Positions 28,474 through 40,602 of a DNA stretch of 64,000 nt are shown here, piece by piece. Position 1 is the stretch's first letter, and each line of letters starts with the position of its first letter. This DNA comes from Laetmonice hystrix (lineage: Eukaryota), in NCBI GenBank assembly GCA_965235115.1, contig OZ249438.1, positions 20,088,001 through 20,152,000 of the forward strand, in the 5' to 3' direction. The position numbers and the translations under genes were made by a program. The notes under the pieces are model-generated. The model did not search any database and was not told where the DNA came from. It was given only the letters and a program-made list of their open reading frames with translations.

Positions 28474-29798
28474 GGTAGCTCCAAGCCTGGGTTGAGGGGT
28501 GTCCCATGGGGGACAGACGGGAGCTCCGAGCCTGGGTTGAGGGGTGTCCCATGGGGGACAGACGGTAGCTCCGAGCACGGGTGTCCCATGGGGGACAGAC
28601 GGTAGCTCCGAGCCCGGGTTGAGGGGTGTCCCATGGGGGACAGACGGTAGCTCCGAGCCTGGGTTGAGGGGTGTCCCATGGGGGACAGACGGGAGCTCCG
28701 AGCCCGGGTTGAGGGGTGTCCCATGGGAGACAGACGGTAGCTCCGAGCACGGGTTGAGGGGTGTCCCATGGGGGACAGACGGTAGCTCCGAGCACGGGTT
28801 GAGGGGTGTCCCATGGGGGGCAGACGGGAGCTCCGAGCCTGGGTTGAGGGGCGTCCCATGGGGGACAGACGGGAGCTCCGAGCCCGGGTTGAGGGGTGTC
28901 CCATGGGGGACAGACGGTAGCTCCGAGCCTGGGTTGAGGGGTGTCCCATGGGAGACAGATGGTAGCTCCGAGCCCGGGTTGAGGGGTGTCCCATGGGGGA
29001 CAGACGGGAGCTCCGAGCCTGGGTTGAGGGGTGTCCCATGGGAGACAGATGGTAGCTCCGAGCCTGGGTTGAGGGGTGTCCCATGGGGGACAGACGGGAG
29101 CTCTGAGCCCGGGTTGAGGGGTGTCCCATGGGGGACAGACGGTAGCTCCGAGTCCGGGTTGAGGGGTGTCCCATGGGAGACAGACGGGAGCTCTGAGCCC
29201 GGGTTGAGGGGTGTCCCATGGGGGACAGACGGTAGCTCTGAACCCGGGTTGAGGGGGGACAGGACAGAAGGTGTCCCATGGGGGACAGACGGTAGCTCCG
29301 AGCATGGGTTGAGGGGTGTCCCATGCTATGATAGGAGACAGAAGGTAGCTCCGAGCACGGGTTGAGGGGTGTCCCATGCCATGATAGGAGACAGACGGTA
29401 GCTCCGAGCACGCGGGTTGAGGGGTGTCCCATGCTATGATAGGAGACAGACGGTAGCTCCGAGCACGGGTTGAGGGGTGTCCCATGCCATGATAGGAGAC
29501 AGACGGTAGCTCCGAGCACGGGTTGAGGGGTGTCCCATGCCATGATAGGAGACAGACGGTAGCTCCGAGCACGGGTTGAGGGGTGTCCCATGGGGGACAG
29601 ACGGGCGCTCCGAGCCTGGGTTGAGGGGTGTCCCATGGGGGACAGACGGTAGCTCCGAGCACGGGTTGAGGGGTGTCCCATACTATGATAGGAGACAGAC
29701 GGTAGCTCCGAGCACGGGTTGAGGGGTGTCCCATGCCATGATAGGAGACAGACGGTAGCTCCGAGCACGGGTTGAGGGGTGTCCCATGGGAGACAGAC
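28474..29798. repeat. GC-rich 45-bp minisatellite (about 28 units, with longer variants)
   Basis: Unit GGGTTGAGGGGTGTCCCATGGGGGACAGACGG(T/G)AGCTCCGAGC(C/A)(T/C); variant units carry ATGCTATGATAGGAG. Period 45 (28489 to 28534). Confidence 0.97.
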
Positions 29799-30012
29799 AG
29801 GCCGAGGTGTCAGTCCCAGTACGGCGCTGTCTGCGACCGCTATACGTTCTCCTATTGTTGTGTCTCCTTATATGTTTTTTTCTGGTCCAACCCCGGCAGT
29901 CTCCGACCACATTCCTCCGTAAACACTATACCCATGAGCGGATTAACTTAAGGCGTATTGTTTTCTCTCATCCCTTAAACCAACGAGTATAGACACAGAG
30001 TTTGTCTGCTGC

Positions 30013-30584
30013 AATCTACAGTCATATTGTGTGAGTGGGGTGGGCTCTCGGTACAGGCTCCAAGAATCTACAGTCATATTGTGTCAGTGGGGTGGGCTCT
30101 CGATACAGGCTCCAAGAATCTACAGTCATATTGTGTCAGTGGGGTGGGCTCTCGGTACAGGCTCCAAGAATCTAGTCATATTGTGTCAGTGGGGTGGGCT
30201 CTCGGTACAGGCTCCAAGAATCTACAGTCATATTGTGTCAGTGGGGTGGGCTCTCGGTACAGGTTCCAAGAATCTAGTCATATTGTGTCAGTGGGGTGGG
30301 CTCTCGGTACAGGCTCCAAGAATCTACAGTCATATTGTGTCAGTGGGGTGAGCTCTCGGTACAGGTTCCAAGAATCTACAGTCATATTGTGTCAGTGGGG
30401 TGGGCTCTCGGTACAGGCTCCAAGAATCTACAGTCATATTGTGTCAGTGGGGTGGGCTCTCGGTACAGGCTCCAAGAATCTACAGTCATATTGTGTCAGT
30501 GGGGTGGGCTCTCGGTACAGGCTCCAAGAATCTACAGTCATATTGTGTCAGTGGGGTGAGCTCTCGGTACAGGTTCCAAGAATC
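30013..30584. repeat. 52-bp minisatellite (about 11 units)
   Basis: Unit AATCTACAGTCATATTGTGTCAGTGGGGTGGGCTCTCGGTACAGGCTCCAAG; some 50-bp units lack CA. Confidence 0.97.
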
Positions 30585-32279
30585 AAACTGTGCCATTCGC
30601 ATTGGCATCGATATCAGACCAGTTGCGCTGAAATTAAATAAAATGACAAATCTGCTATTGTGAATGTGCTCTTCACCACGCATGACCCTCTATGCATGAC
30701 GCGTTTGAGGTCTTGCTGGCGAGGATCTGATTACATCAAAAGTTAGAAGTTGCCGTACTTACCAAAAATGCAGACTTTGCATGGGGAGCCGATGTTCAAA
30801 CGACCGATTGTGCGGAGGCCATCGGGCGGGAGGGCCCGGGGAGCGCCGGCGGAGGGGCGCTCGGCGGCCTGCCGTGGCGGCTTGGTGCGGGCTCTGTGAA
30901 CCGGCCGCCTCGGATACGTCCGTAATCCCATACAATCCTCCGTCCAGGTAGACTACACACGGAACTTTACCACTCGCTCCTGATAACGCCAAACTTGAGG
31001 ATCGGAAACACTTTCACTTCACATTCGAGAGCCCGTGTTGGGGTGTTGTTATGGCATGGATGCGGGGCCCTCAAGGCTCAAGCATCGATCTTGGTGCGTG
31101 GCCCGCTCCGAGGTTAGCGGAGGATGCAAGTTTCGGGAAACGTTTGTAGGTCGTAAGTAAGCGACACTGGAGAGGAAGAGAAACCCGATTCACGACCTCC
31201 CACTGTAACGTGTATATCAAACCTTGCTATGGGTGCTGGAGGGGCCGGCGATGCGGCCGTATAACATGGGAGGGTGAGCAATGGCGGTGTACTCTAGGCT
31301 GCAGCCACAGCGCGCGCTGGTCGGCGGCGGCGGTGGCGGCGGGTGGGACCGGGCGACGGGCGCGAACCTCGCTACCAACATCCTTCACATCGGGGCTGGT
31401 ACCTCGACTACCACCACACGATACATTCAATCCTGGCTCGAGTCTGGCGAGGCAGTTCAGTACACAAAGCGGCCAACCAATCCAACCAGCCCCTCCTTTC
31501 CTCTCTACTGTCCTATCGACCAGCGTCGTTTGCTACTCAGGGCTTAGCCCGCCTGGCTTTCACAACCACTATACTTGTTAACATCTTCCCCCAAGCGGCA
31601 CCAAACTGTGAGTATGTATAGGCTACTACAGTTCTCTCTATGGCAAGGCAGTTAGTTGAGGTTGATAGAAGTCCATGCAGGCCCCGCTGTAGGTAGCCAA
31701 GTCGCCGGTCACCGATTCTCCAAGTATCCGATTCTCCAAGTGACTAGAGGGTCCTACTATTATAGTTTAGCCGAAGTTTGTTGATTGGAGGACCTATACC
31801 CCGACATCACCGGCAGTCTGCGCAAGCGCACCAAGTTTCGTGCCACTTTCTTATAAGACAGAACTGTCCCACAGACCTTGGGGGGTTGTCTCCCACATCA
31901 GTCGGCGCTCAGCAACAGGGGCGACACCTGGTGGGAACAAGCCGACGTCGACTGGTGGCTCGGGCGATGCAGACGCTCATCTCAACATATACGTTATATA
32001 CCTGCACAACGCACGAGAAGAATTTCTAATAGGAATTAGACATAATAGGGATTAGGCAGAAATATATTCGGGGGCAGGGAGGAGGTCCAAATGTTCACAC
32101 ACACCCTTGCCCAGACCTTTACCGTGCACGACCCTGATTTAGGAGAATACGACACCTATAATGTGTTTCATGAAAGTTTATTCTCACCAGATTGAACTGA
32201 TCACTACGTGTCACTACCACATGTTTGAATTTCCGTATCTATGAAATTGGCAAGTGATGGTGTGCTCTCTGTCTCTATG

Positions 32280-32280
<1 letters not shown>

Positions 32281-32322
<42 letters not shown>
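32281..32322. repeat. (CT)n microsatellite
   Basis: About 21 perfect CT units. Confidence 0.95.
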
Positions 32323-32325
<3 letters not shown>

Positions 32326-33175
32326 CCCCTCTCTCCCTCTCTCTCTTATGCATTAAGCCCTATTGTCTGGTACAATGATAATCTTATTTGTTCAGGTATA
32401 ACTCTTATACGCATAGACATTTTAATTGAAAAAACGTTGTAAAAAATGCGGTAATTGTTGGTAGAATGAGGCAACCGGCATGCAGCACCATTCGTATTAA
32501 AGGGCAATTTTGTTGCCTTGTCGTAACACATTAATTCACCATCCTGCAGTTGTTGGCAATTAACTCCCTTAAACATCTAGATTTATCATAATGATTAGTT
32601 GTAATTAGTGAAGGGCCTGATTGGAATTCATGCTTCGTAAGCAACACTATCAAAGTTCCTTTTCTACATGGGTGGCACCAGGCAGGAGTGGCCTTTATGG
32701 CCCATCTATGAAGAACAAAATGTTTATAGTTATATTATGAATCCATAATAGCACAGTTTCTTTTAATTTCCAATGGTTTAATTTGTTAGATATTGATACC
32801 GTGAAATGATACTGCAGAATGTTGTTCATGTATAATATAATATCAAAATACGTAATGACTGATCTAAACGTATCATTGTGCATGTACCAAACAAAGATAC
32901 TGCTTCACAATTCTGTGTGCGTCTAATATATATATTATATATGCACTATAATATGCTCTTATGAGGAACCACGTAGGCTATGTTGTTCAATTTGATTTGA
33001 AACAAACACTAGACATTATTTAAAATATTGCTAAACCAATTATACATTTTCGATCATGTTTTTCGGACACCATTATCATGCCCATTTTGTTTTAATCGTT
33101 CCCAAGGAATGAGGTCACCCTCACATCCTGATCGATAGTCCCATATGATAATGTTACAATTGATGAAAGCTGCCG

Positions 33176-34242
33176 TCTGAGATTGTCTTATAGATACACA
33201 CGGGGTTTACTTTGGTGAAGATGTTGGATTATTACTGTGTATGGGTGGAATATCTGAGATTGTCTTAGATACACACGGGGTTTACTTTGGTGAAGATGTT
33301 GGATTATTACTGTATATGGGTGGAATATCTGAGATTGTCTTAGATACACACGGGGTTTACTTTGGTGAAGATGTTGGATTATTACTGTATATGGGTGGAA
33401 TATCTGAGATTGTCTTAGATACACACGGGGTTTACTTTGGTGAAGATGTTGGATTATTACTGTGTATGGATGGAATATCTGAGATTGTCTTAGATACACA
33501 CGGGGTTTACTTTGGTGAAGATGTTGGATTATTACTGTGTATGGATGGAATATCTGAGATTGTCTTAGATACACACGGGGTTTACTTTGGTGAAGATGTT
33601 GGATTATTACTGTGTATGGATGGAATATCTGAGATTGTCTTAGATACACACGGGGTTTACTTTGGTGAAGATGTTGGATTATTACTGTGTATGGATGGAA
33701 TATCTGAGATTGTCTTATAGATAGATACACACGGGGTTTACTTTGGTGAAGATGTTGGATTATTACTGTGTATGGATGGAATATCTGAGATTGTCTTAGA
33801 TACACATGGGGTTTACTTTGGTCATGATGTTGGATTATTACTGTGTATGGATGGAATATCTGAGATTGTCTTAGATACACACGGGGTTTACTTTGGTGAA
33901 GATGTTGGATTATTACTGTGTATGGGTGGAATATCTGAGATTGTCTTAGATACACACGGGGTTTACTTTGGTGAAGATGTTGGATTATTAAAGTGTTATG
34001 GATGGAATATCTGAGATTGTATTATAGATACACACGGGGTTTACTTTGGTGAAGATGTTGGATTATTACTGTGTATGGATGGAATATCTGAGATTGTATT
34101 ATAGATACACACGGGGTTTACTTTGGTGAAGATGTTGGATTATTACTGTGTATGGATGGAATATCTGAGATTGTATTATAGATACACACGGGGTTTACTT
34201 TGGTGAAGATGTTGGATTATTACTGTGTATGGGTGGAATATA
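33176..34242. repeat. 75-bp minisatellite (about 14 units)
   Basis: Unit ATCTGAGATTGTCTTAGATACACACGGGGTTTACTTTGGTGAAGATGTTGGATTATTACTGTGTATGGATGGAAT, with +2 and +6 nt variants. Confidence 0.97.
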
Positions 34243-37200
34243 TTTTCTAGTGATTGATGTAAAGTTTCTATCTGACTCCTCATTTTACCCTCGGGTTTTT
34301 AAAATCTAAAAGAAATCTTTAAAGGCTCCTTGTTGAGCATTAGGCATTTATCACCAGGTGGTCGTTGTAGAGTTGAGACGGCCAGGTCAGGTGGTACGTC
34401 CGCCGGCCAAGTTCGGCGAGATAAATGACATTTTCCTACAGGCCGACACTCTGTTTGCCTCTTTCCCTCAGTACGGTCGCTCGTTACGATGTCTAACCGA
34501 GTTAGCCAACGGACATAATGACCCTCGACCAACGACAAAGATCAAAAGACAACTTGACCGGAATACTTGATCTTCTACAGGGCACAGAATAGGCCCGATA
34601 TTTCAACTAAAGTGTCCTCAGCCCACGAGGGCATGCACTATGGCCTTTATAATGGACAGCTGTTTTAGTTTGACTAGCGCTAAACCGCCAAGACAAGTCG
34701 CAGTGTTTTCATGTTGCAAGACGATCTGAGATCGAGTGGGCTTTGATGTCAGCAAAACGTGTGCGTCTTGTCACCCGCTTGTCAAACACCGCCGTGCGCG
34801 AGTTGTCGGCGTGAGTTCGCAAGAGGTAGCCAATGGCGATTTGTCCTGCGTCATGTGGGGCACTGAAAACGTTCTACCCTTAAATAGGTGGCGCACTTTG
34901 TCAAGTTCATTCTCCCCTCCTTGTTGTCGATAAACACGTCACTCATCTTTCCGGCCTCTTCACACAAAGAACACGTTCACAAGATGTTCAGGGAAAGCAC
35001 CTTTTTTTTCCTTTCGATATTCTGACATTTACTGGGGGGTCATGGCTAATAATGAATAGATAACTGTACAAAGATCTCGACTTTTTCTGTAACGAAGTTT
35101 GAAAATGACCATTTCGTTATAAGCTCGCTCTCTCTCTCAGCAGCCCCTTGACACCCCCCCCCGTCCGCCCCCCCCCCTCCCACAGAATCTGATATAGATG
35201 GAGATCCTTGACATGCATGCACTCAATACCCCCAAATGTTCCCAGTCACCTTCCATCAAGAAATATATCTCACTTCAGAACTTCAGACACACTCAAGAAA
35301 AGCGATAACGAGTGAAGAAGTCATCGCTATGTTTTCTGCTCTTATACCCACCACACCCCCACTAAAGAACACCAGCATCTTCTCAAAATGGTATAAGCTT
35401 CCACATAAACCGACTTCTGTCGTGGTTTTTATATTATCTTGGGCCACTTCATTGCGATACTCTGACATGAATGCTACTTTGAAAAATGAATTTTAAATTT
35501 TTATACACCCATATGTCACCAAATGTTATGACCTATATAGTCCCTGCCCAATACACACACACCAACTAGGAATGTCATTGATTTCAAAAATTGGCTTACG
35601 CTCAGAAAAAATGGCTTTCACACGACGTTTAAATAGTCCACATCAGTGTTAGTAATTAATAATATGGTATACTCTGCAAACTGTGTGCCCCAGCGGGAGA
35701 AAATAAACTGACGTAAATTGCGCCCGCCTCATTCTTTTGTTGAGTGACAAATTACGGCTGTTTCTGCACTGCGCATGCACGTGGGAGTGGGCGAGATAAG
35801 GAAGCGGTTTCTTTCAAGCCAGCTGCGTGACCGGCAGGTTTGGGGCTGGCCGGACGGCCACCAACCCACACCCCCACTCCACCCCACCCTGGCCTCGCTG
35901 GACAACAACAACACACAACGCTGCTTTCTGTTAGAACTGTCTCAACCAATAGCCTCGAGCCTCCATGCCAGTAAATGTCGCGCACCAATTTGTCATCTCG
36001 AGAGACAAATATTGTCATTATGCCCCCTGTGGCCATATATGACTTGTCAAACTCTCTGACAGTGTTTTACAAGGCTTTGTCAATCGCTGCTTCTCCAGTA
36101 TGTCTTCCGAACACACGCAACGAATCCTTCAACAGGTCGCAAGGACCTGCGGATAATATCTAAGTATTAGGATTAGCCCCTCTGTTCCGTTCATTGACAT
36201 AAAACAACTTGGCCATCTTAAACAATCTAACCACCAAGTTGCAGAATTGACTCATCAATTCTATCAGGAAAAAAAACTAGACATATATTATTATCATATT
36301 TGTATGAAGAGGAAATTATGGTGCATCACTAATGTCGTCATAATTCCGTATATTGTTTAAAAAGTTGCGTTTGAAAATAGATAGAGCTTAATGACTGTCA
36401 TGTTGAAACGTACGACTTCACGGAAGAGCGGCTTTACGACTTCATCCATGCCTTTTTGGCAATGCCTTGAAAGTTGTGGGACCGGATGGAAATGCACCCA
36501 CATGACCTCAAAGGGCCGTTGGCTCTGGACGAACATCCGGGGAAGCAGCTCTGTCGGTTCCTCGTGTAGATGGGACGGTTGTGTGGGCGGGAAGGGGATC
36601 GTCCAGGCCTGGGGGGCATTTCCACTTCAGGATGGGCTTCTGGGAATGCATTAGGGATCTCAGTGATGTAATGATAACATACAAATCAGAACGTTTATCG
36701 TGGAGACATGAGGAGCAATGGAAGGCGATACCCCCGTCTTCCTACCCGGCCAACCCCCAGCAAGGCCCCGCCCCCACTCCCACCCCGTCACTGATGATCA
36801 TAGCAGTTCCATTAATGGTAACATGGCCTGACGGAGTGTGGAGAAGAGAGCAAGTTGTATTCGTAGGAAGCGGAAACAATCGAGATACCACGATCTATAT
36901 TAACTGTGCTGATATCCGCACGTGTCCATCCTAACGTACATTAAGGTCGATATAGTGAAACATGCGACCCTTTTCACGTTCTCTGAAACACTTTGTTGGA
37001 AAGAAAAAGTAAATGACAAGAAATTGAAAATAAATGTTTATACTAATGGCCGCTAGGGTAAAAGCCGAGGCTTATAACATAAACAAAAGTCGTAGAAGTG
37101 ATGCATTCAAGAATACGTTTGACTCATGCTTCCAATGAAGCCGGGCTGCATGGAAGGAATCTTCGTATATCATTGGGAAGTTAGTGATTCATGAAGACAG

Positions 37201-38162
37201 TTTGACCTCTATTGTTAGATCTCAGATCTTGATTGATCCGTAATTATTAGAACGGAAAACATTATATTTGGATCAAAATCTATGGAAAGAAGAGGACTTT
37301 TGTTGGCGTAGCAAAGCGCAGTTCTCGAGTAGAGACCTTGGAAATATTGCGATACAAGTGTCACCCAACTCAGACTCTAGATTTTAGCGGAAATGAATTT
37401 AGATGCTGCAAATCTGACTTAGGTCCGACATCCTTTTGAATTTATCACGCAATCCAGCTGAAATATGGTTTTATTTGTCTTATTTGAGTTGCCCAAAATA
37501 CGTCTTAAATAGAGTTAAATCCTATCTACAGGAGGGACCAGTAATCTAGTTCTAATGTCTCCTTCGTGTCAAATCTAACGTATCAGCCATTGTTTAACGT
37601 AGCCTACCTAAAGCAGCACAATGATCCTATGTGCCAATACATCACTGTGTGGGCAAGGTATTCCTCTGGGCTATATGGTAACCTTTCGATCTGAAATCAC
37701 TCGACAGTTGTCATATGCAGCTGAGTTGGCGTTGTCATCCCGGTGAAAGTGTTTGTTCACCACGAGGCAGCCAAGATATGTCTGGACCGATATCTGGCAA
37801 CTTTATGCATTTATTCCCAGAGTTGACCTAATCGCGGTCGTTGCCAGAGGCGTTAGGCAGAGAGAGGGGACATTTGTTCGGTTTTCTTTTGTCAACCACC
37901 TGTGTATATCTATTCTTTACTGCCCTGCCTTTGTCAAAGATTGGTAGGAGAATAGCTCATATGATGATGATGGTTACCTAAAACATCATAATCATATTCA
38001 GGATGTTATGGATCGCGTGACAAGGGATCTCCTCATTTATTATGGATGATATGGATCAAAACAGATCCTTTACAAAAGGCATCTCCCCGCAAGAAACCAA
38101 TAGAAAATATAGTCAAACCCACATGTAGGACTAATTGAGTATATCAAAGTGTTTACTCATCT

Positions 38163-38257
38163 ATAGTATGGCCTCTTGATGGTGTAGGCTTGCCTACTTC
38201 TGCCCTAGATAGTATGGCCTCTTGATGGTGTATAGGCTTGCCTACTTCTGTCCTAGA
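38163..38257. repeat. Two-copy tandem duplication (about 47-49 bp)
   Basis: ATAGTATGGCCTCTTGATGGTG(TA)TAGGCTTGCCTACTTCTG(C/T)CCTAG occurs twice. Confidence 0.85.
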
Positions 38258-38503
38258 TTAAGGACGAGTGGTTTCAAAACGCATCTAAGGTCATATTGAT
38301 GGTGACAATAGGCTGTTCCAGATTCTCGTAGTTTCCAGGATCCCACAGGAGAAATGATGGCAATGATAATGATAGAGCTTTAAGCAAACCTTATATAGTC
38401 CACTCACTACCCCATCAGATACCGGGTCCACACGGGTTGCTAGCAAGGGGGGGGGGTGCAATAATCGTGGTTAGATCCACTAAGTTGTTTTACTAAGAGT
38501 ATT

Positions 38504-38660
38504 NNNNNNNNNNNNNNNNNNNNNNNNNNNNNNNNNNNNNNNNNNNNNNNNNNNNNNNNNNNNNNNNNNNNNNNNNNNNNNNNNNNNNNNNNNNNNNNNN
38601 NNNNNNNNNNNNNNNNNNNNNNNNNNNNNNNNNNNNNNNNNNNNNNNNNNNNNNNNNNNN
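38504..38660. other. Assembly gap (N run)
   Basis: Run of N. Confidence 1.
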
Positions 38661-39161
38661 GCATGTTAAAGAGGCTCTTCTTGTCAAAACCAACAAACGT
38701 GACTTTTCACGAGAATATTGAGTGTTTCTATAGATGGTAAAGACATAGATCTATATGTAAAACTATTGGCGCGATACCGTAGAGACGTATAACACAATTT
38801 CCACAAGATTCAGAAAATGTTTGACCGCTAGATGTAGTCGTATACGTGGCTGTGCCAGACGCTGTCATTCAAGAGGAGATGCGAGTGCCCTGATTAGCTA
38901 AGCGTTTGGTCGAATAGATTTAGACTCACTGCATCATCCATGCGAATTGGATTGAAGTCGGATGTCACAAGTTTGTTCCTGTAAGTACGTATTGACCACC
39001 TTGGGACACATGCAAAGTAAATAATTCATGTGTGAATTCGTCAATCTGATACACTGAAATGAGCCCCTTTAAAATGGTAGATCTAGGCATACTATCAGTA
39101 TTCAGGTTAGAGACAAAACCAATTTTACGAGACAATGGGCCGAGAAGAAGAGAGACGGATA

Positions 39162-39760
39162 TTTTTTTTTTTTTTTTTTTTTTTTTTTCAATTACCACTT
39201 TCAGGGATATACCCTGATCTTCCAAGTAGGTACATACAGTTACAAATATATACACATACAGGCAGATGTGCAAGTCAACAAAAAGTATCGGTGCAGCGAG
39301 TGCGGGGCAAATGACAATATTATACATAATGGCGATGAACATAATTTAGTATACATTTAGGTTATAACAGGCTATCGAAACGAAACAGAACATTCATTTG
39401 CGCAAAGCAAGTTTGAAAGAACGCTTGTCGGGTGAATGCTGAACAGAAGAGTCAAGAGCGCCCCATAGATGACATCCTCTGTAAAGAGGGCTACGCTTAA
39501 AAGCTTCACATCTGGGACGGTCAATTTTGAAAACTATTTTATTACTCCGAGATGGTCGTTCCCGTGAAAGTATATGTGACGGAATCAGGGAACGTTTATA
39601 CATAAGTGTGAGTAACTGGCGTTCGCGTCTTGACTCTAACGGTTCAACATTGGCATTCGTATGCAAGTCATAGACAGACATGTCACGCTGATTATATACA
39701 GGATGATTGAAATTATGATTCTATATAGGCCTGCATTCAGTGCTGCAAGTCTATCTATAC
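39162..39760 (-). mobile_element. 5'-truncated non-LTR retrotransposon (CR1/L2-like ORF2 C-terminus, 3' UTR and polyA tail)
   Basis: ORF 39681-39394 (LHTNANVEPLESRRERQLLTLMYK...RSPLYRGCHLWGAL...SFKLAL) resembles the post-RT C-terminal region of CR1/L2-clade ORF2 (L..L..RR...L..MYK; RS..YRG..LWN.L...FK). It is followed by a short UTR and a 27-nt polyA (T run 39162-39188 on +). Confidence 0.75.
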
Positions 39761-40540
39761 ACGTAATATGTTTGTTGTTGGTGCGGGCCCAGCAGCGGGC
39801 TTATGCTGTCCGACCTGGAGGTCCCTGCGATTCCTGTCGCAGGGGTCACATTTTGTCGGTAGATTCGCGTTACTTGGATCATTATGCATGACATACTGCC
39901 GGTCCAGCCTGAGTTTTACGACCAAAGTAGAATCGCCTGAGTTTCTGTTTACCATAGGAAGCTATACGTCATTACACGGAGCTGCCAAATGCCGCAACTT
40001 TAGGCGCAGCCCCTGAAGCCAGATGACACCCTACTACCCGTGACGGAGGAATCAATTGCACCCTGAGCAGCCCAATCGTACCACAATAATGACTCTGAGG
40101 GACGGCCAGGACGGGACCAACCGTACTATGGTCCCATCATTACATATACGGCGTACGCTTCCGTTCTGGGTCTGAAGACAAAAGGCAAACAAATCTCACG
40201 AACCATCGCCGCCAGCAAAACATTTGTTTATTATAGGGAGGATGCACAAGTTCGATGACCAATTTGTTTGTGGGTATTTGTTTAAGAAACTGGGGAATCG
40301 AATCGGTGTTGCCCACGGCTACACGGGCATTAGGCGATTTGTGGTGTGGGTAGAATAGCCAGACCGTAGGGCCTATGCGGCGAGTGACCAGGTATTTGGC
40401 TAAACTTGCACAATCCCTAGGATCCCAATCCTGGTGGCCTATATTGTTTTACATCAAATGCCATTCTATTCATGTCTTGGAAAGAACGTACAGGCGTGCA
40501 ACCCCCGCCCCTCTCCCACGTTCAAACACAACTATCTGTC

Positions 40541-40543
<3 letters not shown>

Positions 40544-40598
<55 letters not shown>
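40544..40598. repeat. (CT)n microsatellite
   Basis: About 27 perfect CT units. Confidence 0.95.

Positions 40599-40602
<4 letters not shown>

Noticed and set aside
28352-29768. 460-aa and 441-aa Pro/Cys/Trp-rich ORFs
   Set aside because: They are read-through of a 45-bp satellite. The repeat peptide switches frame at indel-bearing units, so there is no sign of coding constraint.
30027-30683. 204-aa ORF and overlapping ORFs
   Set aside because: Artefacts of the 52-bp satellite cycling through all three frames.
30743-31621. GC-rich segment with overlapping ORFs
   Set aside because: No recognisable protein motif; probably a decayed repeat, family not assignable by eye.
33188-34014. 255-aa and 159-aa perfectly repetitive ORFs
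   Set aside because: Products of the 75-bp satellite; neighbouring units carry +2 nt indels that break the frame.
37250-37440. TLDFSGNEFRCC, resembling an LRR C-terminal cap
   Set aside because: A single short motif with no repeated LRR units or convincing splice sites; may be chance or a very decayed pseudogene.
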